64,000 bases of DNA, from the NCBI GenBank assembly GCA_004297775.1, contig SCUE01000007.1, positions 258,861 through 322,860 of the forward strand. Direction: 5' to 3'. Made by a program: the position numbers and the translations under genes. Positions 48,732 through 58,409 of the stretch are shown here, piece after piece. Each line of letters begins with the position of its first letter. Within the stretch, counting starts at the first letter, position 1. A model generated the notes under the pieces. The model was not told the origin of the DNA and did no database searches. It saw only the letters and a list, made by a program, of their open reading frames with translations. The DNA is from Chloroflexota bacterium (GTDB lineage: Bacteria > Chloroflexota > UBA6077 > FW602-bin22).

Positions 48732-50547
48732 GATAGTGCGGCACGATCGTTCCGAAGATCGCGCTCGCCTGCAATGCTATCCCGATGGCGACGACGACGA
48801 TTGGTCCGGCAGTCGCGCGGCGACGCGGAATCCAGGCCGACAGACCCAGAGAAATCAGCATGGCAATCGGCAAGAGCGCGGGATAGAGATATCGGCCCTG
48901 CGGCCACTCATCTCCCCATAGGCCGATGATGAAAGGGCCAATCGCGACGACCGCGGTCATCCCCGCGATGGTCCCGGCAACCAGTATCCAACGTCGCGAC
49001 GCCGGATCGGTGACGAGGCGCCAGAGAACTCCAGCCGCCGCGATGGCGCCCAGGATGACACAGCCTTGGTAGACCTCGTCCGACAACAACAACACCAGCC
49101 AGCCGAAGCGGCCGATGAAACTCTGGAACGCGAACCAGACCAGGAATTGCGTTCGCGGACTATCGATGCTAGGCCAGCCGGAGAGGGACAACGCAGCGTC
49201 GAGCGCATCGACCGGCACCCCCAACGCCACGACGAGGCGCGTCAATTCGGGATGAAGCCCGTATCGGGGCACTTCGGCCGAAGCGTTGGCGAGCAGGTTC
49301 GCAAACGCCCGACCGTCCCACGTTCCCGCGTGGACCGACGGCTCACTCGCGAGCGGGAGACCACGGCGGTCGTCGGCCGCGACGACGATGCCGTCCGCCA
49401 GCAGTGTACCGCGCTCTGCCACGATGGCCACCCGGACAGCATCCGGTCCACGCGGCACGAAATGGATGCGTATCGGGCGCCAGCGATCATCCAAGATCGC
49501 GGTCGATCGCGTGGCAATTCCGCCCTGTGTAAGCTCGATACCGCCAACAGTCGACTCACCGGGCACTGATGCCCGCATCCACGCGAACGCCGTCAATCCG
49601 CGATCGCCCCCACGGACGACATCATCGCCCGCCAGGACCTGCGTCAATCGGCCGATCGATGTCGTGGCCCGGACGAGGAAAGCCCTTTCGCCAAGCAGTC
49701 CGTCGTCCGCGCGGGTCGCCGTCCCGGTCGGAGCCACCCGCCAACTGATCGGACGGCTGTCGTCCTCGGTGACCGCGACCGTGTGCACGAGAACGGCGGC
49801 GACAAACAAACACAGTACGGCGAAGGCAAGCCGGCGGCGCGAACCGTGCATGCCTACATCGGCCAGGAACGCCATGAGAACACCCGGCACGAGCGTCAGT
49901 GCGGTCCGCTTCGCGGCCACGCCGACGACCAACGCTCCGACGACAAGTAAGAGCCACGGTCGCCACGCGCGTGTACCGATCGCGATACAGATTCCGGCGA
50001 ACGCGATCGCCGCGGCGGCGTTGGCGAGATTGTCATTGTTGATCGTGCCTGTGATGAACGTGAAACCCGGCACCGTCGCGACGACATACGGCAGCACAAC
50101 ACCGGCAATGTGGTCGACGCGCGCGAGGAATCGTCCCGCGACGATTGCCGCCAGGACGACGATCAGTCCCAGCGCGACCGACCAGAGTCGCATGATCCGA
50201 ACCTGCGTGTCGATCGAATCCGCGACAAGTTGAGACAGACGGGCCGGCACGAAGTAGAAGGTCGCCGGTTGCCGACCGAGTTCCATATTGAACGCCGGAA
50301 TCGGATCACCGGTCGGTCCCGGCACGCGGAGCCCGTGACCGCGGTCGAGCATCAAGCGAGCGACGCTCTCCACCAGCGCTGGATCGCGATCGCCTGGCTG
50401 TGGAGCGCGGCCGAGCCTGGCGAGGAGTATCGCGTACTCGTAATGCGAGTTTTCGTCGGGCGCCTCGAACGACGGGACAAGCAGGAGAAACGCGACTGAG
50501 ACAGCGAGGTACAGAGCGATCGGACCGAGTGCGAGTCGCCTAGACAA
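48724..50547 (-). CDS. GT-C-like (DUF2142-type) membrane glycosyltransferase with inserted CBM-like domain
   Basis: 'APDENSHYEY' after TM1, 'INNDNL', 'QSFIGRFGW', 'QGRYLYP'; beta-rich extracellular insert. Confidence 0.75.
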   Translation of the reverse strand: MSRRLALGPIALYLAVSVAFLLLVPSFEAPDENSHYEYAILLARLGRAPQPGDRDPALVESVARLMLDRGHGLRVPGPTGDPIPAFNMELGRQPATFYFVPARLSQLVADSIDTQVRIMRLWSVALGLIVVLAAIVAGRFLARVDHIAGVVLPYVVATVPGFTFITGTINNDNLANAAAAIAFAGICIAIGTRAWRPWLLLVVGALVVGVAAKRTALTLVPGVLMAFLADVGMHGSRRRLAFAVLCLFVAAVLVHTVAVTEDDSRPISWRVAPTGTATRADDGLLGERAFLVRATTSIGRLTQVLAGDDVVRGGDRGLTAFAWMRASVPGESTVGGIELTQGGIATRSTAILDDRWRPIRIHFVPRGPDAVRVAIVAERGTLLADGIVVAADDRRGLPLASEPSVHAGTWDGRAFANLLANASAEVPRYGLHPELTRLVVALGVPVDALDAALSLSGWPSIDSPRTQFLVWFAFQSFIGRFGWLVLLLSDEVYQGCVILGAIAAAGVLWRLVTDPASRRWILVAGTIAGMTAVVAIGPFIIGLWGDEWPQGRYLYPALLPIAMLISLGLSAWIPRRRATAGPIVVVAIGIALQASAIFGTIVPHYRG

Positions 50548-52459
50548 CGCGGTCGGTTGGCACGTCCGAATGCGACGCGGATTCGATTGAAATGAGCGTC
50601 GCGCCGGGAACGACGGATTGAAGAATTAGCCTCAGGTCGCGCTCGTCCGTCTGGGCGGAAAGCGCGGCGGAAAGCGCGGCCAGGCCTCGATGTATTCCAA
50701 GTTCATCGACCGGCCCCCGACGGACGCGAATGAGCTTGGGGACTTCCGACGCCGAAGTCGTCTCATCCGCTGAGACGAGTTCCTCGTGCAGCTTCTCCCC
50801 GGGTCGCAAGCCCGTGACCTCAATGTCAATATCGCGGCCAAGCTTGAGACCGCTCAACTCGACCAGATCGCGTACAAGATCGCCTAGAACAACCGGTTCG
50901 CCCATGTCGAGTACGAACAAGTCACTGGATTCGGCGATCGCCGTGGCCTGGAGGACCAACTGGACTGCCTCGGGAATGGTCATAAAGAATCGCGTCGCGG
51001 ACGGATCGGTGACAGTGAGTGGTTCACCACGGGCCATCTGGTCCTGAAGGATCGGCACGACGCTGCCCCGGCTTCCGAGGACATTGCCAAATCGCACCGT
51101 CGCGAATACGACCTCCGGGTGGCGAACCGCTTCAACCTGGATTGCCATCTCGGCCAGACGCTTTGTTGCGCCATACACGTTCGGCGGACGCACGGCCTTG
51201 TCGGTTGAGATCAGGACCACGCGTCGGCCACCGTTCCGCGCGGCGGCCTGTGCGATCTGAAGCGTGCCGAATACGTTGACCGCGACCGCTTCATGTGGGT
51301 TCGCTTCCATCAGGACGACGTGTTTGTGAGCCGCGGTATGGAACACGATCTCAGGCCGAAATCGTGCGAAGGCGCGATCGACTGCCGGTTCGTCCTTCAC
51401 GTCCAACACCACGAGAGCCGTCGCGACCGCCGGCCAATGACGGCGAAGCTCGGTCTGGATCGACAGCAGGCTGAACTCGCCGTGACCGATGAGGACGAGT
51501 AGGCCAGGGGTGAACGTTGCGATCTGGCGACACAGTTCGCCGCCGATCGAACCGCCAGCGCCAGTAACGGCGATAGTCTTTCCGTGAATCAGGCTGCGCG
51601 GGCGGTCGAACGGCAATTCGATCTGGTCGCGCCGCAAGAGATCGCTGATTGTTACGTCACGGAACTGCTTGAGCGACGCATTCGCGGCAATGAGTTCGTA
51701 CACACCAGGCACGGTCTTCGAGGAGATGCCCGCGGCACGGCAGATGTCCCGTATCCGACGGATCGCGATGCCGCCCGCGGCCGGCATCGCGATGATGACT
51801 TCACCGACCACGTGGTCTCGCACGAGTTCGGCCAACGCATCCGTGCCGCCGAGCACGGGCACGCCGCGAATGAGCAGGCCGTGTTTGCGAACGTCATCAT
51901 CGATGAACCCAATCAGCCTGAGCCGGAGAGCGGGATTCGTCTGAAGTTCGCGGGCGACCAATGCGCCGGCATCGCCGGCTCCGACGACGAGCGCACGGAC
52001 GCTCTCATCGCCACCGCGCCCGTCGCTCTCTTTTCTTCGGATCGTCTCGGCTTCGCCAAGCACCCGTAGCGAGAATCGCCCACCGCCGATTAGCCCGATC
52101 GTGACGAACCAATCGATCGCGATGATCGCGCGGGGAAATCCTCGCGCGACATCACCAATCACCGATGCCAGCGATGGAACGATTGCGAGCGCGGTTGCGA
52201 CTGATCCGAGCGTGACCGCGGCGACCAGACCGACCATCTCCGGCGTGGACGCGTAGCGCCAGACTCGGCGATACAGGCCGAATCTTTCGAGAGCGAAGAT
52301 TGTGACCATCAGCATCGGCACCACGAACAGTCCGTACTGCCTCAACTGGTCCCAGAAATAGTCCGTGTCGAATCTCATGAGGAATGCGAGCAGATAGGCG
52401 ATCAGAATCGACGCGACGTCGAACACAACGAGGTGGCGCGATCGCAGGCGACTCATCAC
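50540..52459 (-). CDS. CapD/PglF/WbpM-type nucleotide-sugar 4,6-dehydratase
   Basis: Four TM helices, 'GAGDAG', 'TGAGGSIGGEL', 'AAHKHV', 'STDKAV', 'YGATK', 'RFGNVLGSRGS'. Confidence 0.95.
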   Translation of the reverse strand: MMSRLRSRHLVVFDVASILIAYLLAFLMRFDTDYFWDQLRQYGLFVVPMLMVTIFALERFGLYRRVWRYASTPEMVGLVAAVTLGSVATALAIVPSLASVIGDVARGFPRAIIAIDWFVTIGLIGGGRFSLRVLGEAETIRRKESDGRGGDESVRALVVGAGDAGALVARELQTNPALRLRLIGFIDDDVRKHGLLIRGVPVLGGTDALAELVRDHVVGEVIIAMPAAGGIAIRRIRDICRAAGISSKTVPGVYELIAANASLKQFRDVTISDLLRRDQIELPFDRPRSLIHGKTIAVTGAGGSIGGELCRQIATFTPGLLVLIGHGEFSLLSIQTELRRHWPAVATALVVLDVKDEPAVDRAFARFRPEIVFHTAAHKHVVLMEANPHEAVAVNVFGTLQIAQAAARNGGRRVVLISTDKAVRPPNVYGATKRLAEMAIQVEAVRHPEVVFATVRFGNVLGSRGSVVPILQDQMARGEPLTVTDPSATRFFMTIPEAVQLVLQATAIAESSDLFVLDMGEPVVLGDLVRDLVELSGLKLGRDIDIEVTGLRPGEKLHEELVSADETTSASEVPKLIRVRRGPVDELGIHRGLAALSAALSAQTDERDLRLILQSVVPGATLISIESASHSDVPTDRVV

Positions 52460-52575
52460 TGGCTCGAAGCGCCGCTCGGCCGTGCCGGCTGTTCGGACGC
52501 AGTCACGACAAACCTAGAGACAGCCGCCGCGCTGGCGATATGCGTTAAATCGCGACGTACGCGAATCTCGTTCCC

Positions 52576-54048
52576 TCACAGGTTTCCGCTCAGGCGCGGG
52601 CTCACGGGTATGAACGTTCGCAGCGTCGTTTGTCCAGTCACGACGTACATCGGCGTCGGGCCGACGGTGATCGTCACGGCGTCCCCCGAGACCTGGTAGT
52701 TCGCGGCGCCGCTGCCCTCGAAGTCGAACGCCCGAATCGAGCCACCAACCAGATCGAAGGTCGTCGTCGCCGAGGCGCCGCCGCCGCCGACCGCCCAGAG
52801 GACGGCCATCCGACCGCCACTCGTGGTCGAGAACAGATACCCCTCGACTGCGCCATCCGCATTTCCCCGAGTTGACAGTGTCGACAGGTACGTCGTCGAA
52901 CGCAGCCGCGACGTTGCCTGCTGAAGCGCGGTGTACAGGCGCTTTGCCTGGCCACTCTGATCGTACATCCCGCGCTGGACATCGCCAGACGCGTCACGCA
53001 GACCGTACCAGAGAACGGTCGAAATGTTGGCCGAAAGGGCGCGCGCCAGCAGTTTCCCGGCGTAACCGGCTTGCCACACTTGATCGGGGATAACCGACGC
53101 CGTCGAGCCATCCGCGTTTCGGACCGGCACCGCCACGCTCGCATCACTCCAGACACCGGCCTCGAGCACCATGAACGGCTTGCTGGCCAAAGTCGGGAAA
53201 CGGGCGCGGAGGTACGCCGCCTTCGCCGCGACGTCGTATCCCGTGCTATTCGCCTCCCAGCCGGGTGAAAAGACGGCGTACGCATTGAAGGCAAAGACAT
53301 CGAAGTAGCTCGCCGCGCCGGCCGCGAGCAGGCTGTCGATGAACGTGTAATTAAAGCAGCCACCCCCATTGAAGCCAGGCGCGCCCGCTCCGCCGAAATA
53401 GTCGTACGCGAAGGCACCCGGGATGATCTGTATCGCGCTGTTGTCAGCTTTCACCGCGGCATACGTCTGCGCGAGCAACGTCGCGAACTCGGATGGGACG
53501 TCGCCCCAGGCCGCGTGATTCGGCGCGGAGGCGCACGTGCCGCGGGCGTCCGGCTCCGGAGCGAGCACGATGTAACGCGCGTTGAACGGTGCCGCGCCGT
53601 ATCGCTCGACGATTCGGCGCACGAACATGATGTATCGCGAGCGAGCGCTGGCCAGGATAGGCCCCTGCGTGTCCGGCGTCGCGACTGCCCACGGCGGAGG
53701 ATTGGCGATCAACAGCACCGGTTCGAGTCCGGCGTTCACGATGTCCGTCATCGCCTGATCGACCGGCGCAATGAGGACGCCGTTGAATCCGGAATCGTTG
53801 TGCCAGATCGTTGGCTCGATGCGGTACCAGTCGATGAGAACCTGGACGCGCCCGCCACCCACCTGGCGAACCGCCTGGATGTCGGCCGACGACACGCCGT
53901 TGCTGGCGTTCCAGGCATAGAAGCCGAAGAACGTCGACGCGGCGGCCTGCGGCGCTCGCTGCGCCAGGGTCGAGGTCGATCCAAGCGCGATCACACACGC
54001 GACTAAGGTCAGTATGGAGCGTCGAAGTCGCGGCACGCGAAACCTCAC
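52576..54048 (-). CDS. Secreted GH-A clan (GH5/GH39-like) glycoside hydrolase, paralog 1
   Basis: Signal peptide; 'WYRIEP', 'PEPD', 'FDVFAFNAY', 'VLEAG'. Confidence 0.72.
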   Translation of the reverse strand: MRFRVPRLRRSILTLVACVIALGSTSTLAQRAPQAAASTFFGFYAWNASNGVSSADIQAVRQVGGGRVQVLIDWYRIEPTIWHNDSGFNGVLIAPVDQAMTDIVNAGLEPVLLIANPPPWAVATPDTQGPILASARSRYIMFVRRIVERYGAAPFNARYIVLAPEPDARGTCASAPNHAAWGDVPSEFATLLAQTYAAVKADNSAIQIIPGAFAYDYFGGAGAPGFNGGGCFNYTFIDSLLAAGAASYFDVFAFNAYAVFSPGWEANSTGYDVAAKAAYLRARFPTLASKPFMVLEAGVWSDASVAVPVRNADGSTASVIPDQVWQAGYAGKLLARALSANISTVLWYGLRDASGDVQRGMYDQSGQAKRLYTALQQATSRLRSTTYLSTLSTRGNADGAVEGYLFSTTSGGRMAVLWAVGGGGASATTTFDLVGGSIRAFDFEGSGAANYQVSGDAVTITVGPTPMYVVTGQTTLRTFIPVSPRLSGNL

Positions 54049-54108
54049 AGGGATGAAGCTGGCGTCAAATTGTCGAAGCGGTTCCGACGCGACCGCGCAA
54101 ACACACCG

Positions 54109-54849
54109 TTAGAAACACCGACGAAGCAGCGCGAGCCGGTGAGATCGCAGCGCCGGTACCATCGCCGCGATGCGGGCCAGCGTCGGTGATAGGCGCGAGA
54201 TCGTTCGCGCCAGTGGCGGCGCCAGCGTGACGCGAAATGCTCGGATGTTCCACCCCGGGAATAGCGCGCGTAGCTCCCCCGTCGTTACACCACGCGTCGC
54301 CCGGTTGAGCGGATTCCAGACGAAGTCGTAATGTAGGATCGCGCCACGCGCCGAGGTCACCCGGACCATCTCACCAGCCACCGCGCGACGAGCCGCGGGC
54401 TCCAGGATCGACGATAGCATTGTCGATTGGCAGACGAGGTCGAATGACTCCGATTGGACCGGCAGCGCGCCACCGTCGGCGACGCCCAGGTGCAGGCAGG
54501 ACGGCCGTGCTGACCCCGCCGCGCCCGCGATCCTCGGCGCGCTCAGGTCCAATCCCAGACCGAGAAGGGGCGGTCCAGCGATGGCGGTGAGCTCGCGCAG
54601 GAGTCCGCCCGACCCGCAACCGATATCCAGGACCCTCCGCCCTTCGAGCGGCATCAATCCCGATGAGGCGAGAAGAGCGCGTGTCAGCCGCAGTCGTTCG
54701 CGTCGGGCGGCCACCACATCGGGATTGCCAGCATCGTAACGGCGATCGGAGGCGTCACGGTCGCGTCTGGCGAATTCCTCGACCACACGACTACGCTCGC
54801 GAGCATCCACGTCGCCAACTGTAACGGCCGATCGCACGAAGTCGTTCAC
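54109..54849 (-). CDS. Class I SAM-dependent methyltransferase
   Basis: 'VLDIGCGSG', 'GLDLS', 'SFDLV'. Confidence 0.9.
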   Translation of the reverse strand: MNDFVRSAVTVGDVDARERSRVVEEFARRDRDASDRRYDAGNPDVVAARRERLRLTRALLASSGLMPLEGRRVLDIGCGSGGLLRELTAIAGPPLLGLGLDLSAPRIAGAAGSARPSCLHLGVADGGALPVQSESFDLVCQSTMLSSILEPAARRAVAGEMVRVTSARGAILHYDFVWNPLNRATRGVTTGELRALFPGWNIRAFRVTLAPPLARTISRLSPTLARIAAMVPALRSHRLALLRRCF

Positions 54850-54875
54850 GACCCAACCAGGGAGAACATCGTTTT

Positions 54876-56759
54876 ATGTCACGTCTTCGATTCATCAGCC
54901 TCGTCGCCCTGATCGTCGCGATCGCCTCAGCGTGTGGCGCGGTCGCGATTTCCACGCCGACAGTCGCCGCCGATCTTGGATCGATCGGGCGGGGCGGTGT
55001 CGTCCCGGCGCAAGCCACCCGCGCCATCGTGCCCGTCCAAGGGGCACAGGGCGCCACGACCACGACCAGCAACGCGGCGCCGCCGTCCGCGGTTCCGATT
55101 ACGACGGTCGCATCAACTCCGCCGCCGAGCGCCGCAATGCCCACGATTGGTGCGACCGACCCCGAACCGATCGTTGCGGCAACTGCGACCGCCCGGAGCG
55201 TCGCCGCGCCGACTACCACGGCAGAAACCGTGGTTGGCGCGGCAACGCCTCAGATCAGCGGCTCCACCGCAACGATCGCGGCCACCACGCCGGTTGCGGC
55301 CGCGCCGAGCGGCGCCGTCCCAACCCCGGCGACAATCGGCGCGGCCGGCTCGTCGGGAACCTCTGCGTCCGGCTCCGGCTCGACGGCTGGCGAAGGCGCC
55401 CTGCCAGACTGCCCGCGCGGCTCCCGGTTCGGTTTCTACGCCTGGGGAGGCGGGTCGCTGATTCCGACGAATGAAATCGCCGCGGCGCGTCAGGTCTGCG
55501 CCGGGTTCGCTCAGGTCGCCGTCGAGTGGGGCCAGATCGAGTTCGCCGAGGGGTACAACGACGCTTACTTTGGCAAACCAGCCGGCTTCGACTCGTCACG
55601 CATCGCCCACTATGACTCGAACCTCCTCTCCCTTGTTGAAGCTGGAATGGAGCCGATCCTGTTGATCAGCGGTCCGCCGGCGTGGGCACTCGTGACGCCT
55701 GAAACGCAGGGGCCGCTGCTCCCGGACAAGGTCGCGAAATACGCCGACTTCGTCAAGCGGATCGCCCAGCGGTACGCCACGCCACCGTACAACGTGCGCT
55801 ACATCGTCCTGTGGCCGGAGCCGGACCATCGCGGCACGCTGCCGAGCGGCTGTGCAAATGTTTCGGCGACTCACCGCGCCTGGGGTGACGCTCCAGGCGA
55901 CTTCGCGGCAATGCTGCGGCAGGTCTACCCGTCGGTCAAGGCGGCCAGACCGAACGTGAGCCTCATCCTGGGTGCCCTGGCGTACGACAACTGGGGCGGC
56001 GCCGATCGCCCCACGTTCAATGGCGGCCAGTGCGGCACATTCAATTTCAAGTTTCTCGACGACGTGATCGCCGCCGGCGGAATCGACTACTTTGACGTCT
56101 TCGCGTTCAATGCCTACGGCGTTTTCGCGCCGGGGTGGGAACAGAATGCGTCCGGCTATGATACCGTGGCGAAGGCGAACTTCCTAGCCGCCAAGTTCCC
56201 GCGCTTGCGCGAGAAGCCGTGGGTAGTGCTTGAGGCGGGCATCTGGAGCACCGGTCCGGAGTTGCCTCAGCGCCTCCCGAACGGCCAGATCGCCTATGTT
56301 GCGCCGACCACGACCTGGCAGGCCAGCTACCCGGCCAAACTTTTCGCGCGGGGCGTCGCCAGTGACCTGAAAGCCGTTCTCTGGTATGGCCTGCGCGACG
56401 ATGAGTACGACGTTGCGCGAGGCATCGCGGACGGTCAGATGCAGCCGAAGCCGGTCATGACGGCGTTTCGGGCCGCGACGCTCAACCTCAGCGGGGTGAC
56501 GTATCTCGGTGGCCTGCCCGATGGCGCCACGCTATCCGGCACGGCCGAAGGCTACCGATTCCGTCGATCCGACGGTGGCTCGATCGCCGTTGCCTGGGCG
56601 ATTGGCGACGCCGCCTCGACCGCGCGAGTCACAATCGATCTCGGCACGGGCGGACATCGAGTTCTGGATGTGAACGGCGACCCGATCGCGGGCGTCGCCG
56701 CGACCGGGCCAGTCACGCTCGACGTGACGGCGGCGCCGGTGTACGTCCTCTCGTCGTAG
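54876..56759 (+). CDS. GH-A clan hydrolase paralog 2 with long Ala/Thr/Pro linker, possible lipoprotein
   Basis: 'IASAC' lipobox-like; low-complexity linker; 'WPEPD', 'FDVFAFNAY', 'VLEAG'. Confidence 0.72.
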   Translation: MSRLRFISLVALIVAIASACGAVAISTPTVAADLGSIGRGGVVPAQATRAIVPVQGAQGATTTTSNAAPPSAVPITTVASTPPPSAAMPTIGATDPEPIVAATATARSVAAPTTTAETVVGAATPQISGSTATIAATTPVAAAPSGAVPTPATIGAAGSSGTSASGSGSTAGEGALPDCPRGSRFGFYAWGGGSLIPTNEIAAARQVCAGFAQVAVEWGQIEFAEGYNDAYFGKPAGFDSSRIAHYDSNLLSLVEAGMEPILLISGPPAWALVTPETQGPLLPDKVAKYADFVKRIAQRYATPPYNVRYIVLWPEPDHRGTLPSGCANVSATHRAWGDAPGDFAAMLRQVYPSVKAARPNVSLILGALAYDNWGGADRPTFNGGQCGTFNFKFLDDVIAAGGIDYFDVFAFNAYGVFAPGWEQNASGYDTVAKANFLAAKFPRLREKPWVVLEAGIWSTGPELPQRLPNGQIAYVAPTTTWQASYPAKLFARGVASDLKAVLWYGLRDDEYDVARGIADGQMQPKPVMTAFRAATLNLSGVTYLGGLPDGATLSGTAEGYRFRRSDGGSIAVAWAIGDAASTARVTIDLGTGGHRVLDVNGDPIAGVAATGPVTLDVTAAPVYVLSS

Positions 56760-56786
56760 GCGCCGCCGGTCGCCGGAGTCGCCTAC
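56756..56786. terminator. Hairpin spanning two convergent stop codons
   Basis: GTAGGCG...CGCCTAC with inner CCGG-TCG-CCGG. Confidence 0.45.
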
Positions 56787-58318
56787 GCTCCCGAAAACCG
56801 CGGCGCAAGTGGCGCCCGAAGTCGCGATGTGAACGTCACGGGCGGAAACGTCGGCGTGGGAGTCGGCGCGGTTGCGCCCTCGATGTAGATTGGCGTGAAG
56901 CCAATCGTCGCCTGGACGACACCGGACCCCACGCTCGAGATCGCCACCGACTGTCCGAGCGCGTCCGTGATCGCCACGGCGCTGCCGGTCACGCGGATAG
57001 TCGCAGTCTCGCTCGGGCCATAGACCGACCACGCGACGACCATGCGACTGCCGTCTGCCTTCGTGAAGGCGCGCGCCTCGATCCGACCCGATACCGTCGC
57101 GACCTCACTTGGCACGCCCGCGTAGGTTGCGCCACTCAGTTTCGATGTCATTCGCCGCATCGCGTCGGCGGCCGGCTTCTCCACCCCAGTCGTCCGCCAC
57201 CAGCCACGATGGCCATCCGGATCGGTCAGGCTCGACGGAGCCTCGTAGTCGTCGATGAGGTACCAGAAGATGCCCTTGAGATCGGCTGCCAATCCACGTG
57301 CGTACAACTGAACGAGATAGGCTGCCTGCTCGTTCTCGCCTGGGATGTATGTGCCAGTTGAGTTATCTGCCTTGACGTAGTAGTGGGTCCCAGGCCCCGA
57401 GGCACCGCAGCAACTCCACATACCACCTTCCAAGATGACGAGCGGCTTCGACACGCCGCGATTCGCCATCACGGAGCGAATATGGGCCGCCTTCGCCACG
57501 ATATCGAATCCGGCACTCGGGTTGTCTCGCTCCCATCCGGTCGAAAAGACGGAGTACGCGTTGAAGGCCAGCCAGTCGAAGTACTCGCCGCCGCTATTTA
57601 TCAGGACGTTGTCGAGGAAGCGATAGACGAAGCTTCCCCCGGTGTTGAATCCCGGACCATCGGACGTGCGGAAGTTGTCGAACGCAAGCGACCCCATGAT
57701 CACGGTCGCACCCGGATCGATCGCCTTGATCGCCGGGTAGGTCGCGCGCAGCATTTCGGCAAACTTGACTGGATCGTCACCCCACGCTTCACGACCAGCA
57801 TACGCCGGGTTAACCGCGGTGTTTCCGAAATCCGGCTCGCCCCACAGTTCCCAGTGCTTGACATTGAAAGTCGGAACCGACCAACGGCGAACCAGGTTCG
57901 ACACGAACTCGACGTACGACGTTACCTTGCTAGTGAAGAGCGGTCCCCTCGGTCGGCTGGCCGCCCATGTCGGTGCACTGCTGATGAAGACGATCGGCGT
58001 CAGCCCGCTCGCCTTGAGGTCAACAAGACGCTGATCGTATTCGGCCAGCTTCTGGGTCCAGACCATGCTCGACGTGCCGTGAAGGTCCGGTACGTTCTCG
58101 AGTTGTTCCCACTCGACGTACATGCGAACAGCCTTGACCCCGACGCCGGCGATTCGTCCAGCCTTGCTCGCGTTCTCAGATCCGCCGTACGTGCCGAAAT
58201 ACACGCCGGTCGCCGAACCGACGGCGGACGCGCTCCGTGGCGCCGTCAGCGATGGGATCGCCAAGCCAACCAGGAACAGAACCAGGACAGCCAAAAGCAA
58301 TGGTCGCAACATCCTCAC
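56783..58318 (-). CDS. Secreted GH-A clan hydrolase paralog 3
   Basis: Signal peptide; 'WELWGEPD', 'FDWLAFNAY', 'ILEGG'; PT linker and C-terminal tail. Confidence 0.75.
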   Translation of the reverse strand: MRMLRPLLLAVLVLFLVGLAIPSLTAPRSASAVGSATGVYFGTYGGSENASKAGRIAGVGVKAVRMYVEWEQLENVPDLHGTSSMVWTQKLAEYDQRLVDLKASGLTPIVFISSAPTWAASRPRGPLFTSKVTSYVEFVSNLVRRWSVPTFNVKHWELWGEPDFGNTAVNPAYAGREAWGDDPVKFAEMLRATYPAIKAIDPGATVIMGSLAFDNFRTSDGPGFNTGGSFVYRFLDNVLINSGGEYFDWLAFNAYSVFSTGWERDNPSAGFDIVAKAAHIRSVMANRGVSKPLVILEGGMWSCCGASGPGTHYYVKADNSTGTYIPGENEQAAYLVQLYARGLAADLKGIFWYLIDDYEAPSSLTDPDGHRGWWRTTGVEKPAADAMRRMTSKLSGATYAGVPSEVATVSGRIEARAFTKADGSRMVVAWSVYGPSETATIRVTGSAVAITDALGQSVAISSVGSGVVQATIGFTPIYIEGATAPTPTPTFPPVTFTSRLRAPLAPRFSGA

Positions 58319-58373
58319 CCTCCACCCATCAGACCGTCAAACGACTGGACCAACTAAACGTAACGAATAGGGA

Positions 58374-58401
58374 GTCGGCGCGTCACCCACGGCGCGCCGA
58401 C
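58374..58401 (-). terminator. Hairpin after the FdhF-like gene
   Basis: GTCGGCGCG/CGCGCCGAC 9-bp stem, extendable by ATAGGGA/TCCCTAT. Confidence 0.55.
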
Positions 58402-58409
58402 AAAAGTCC

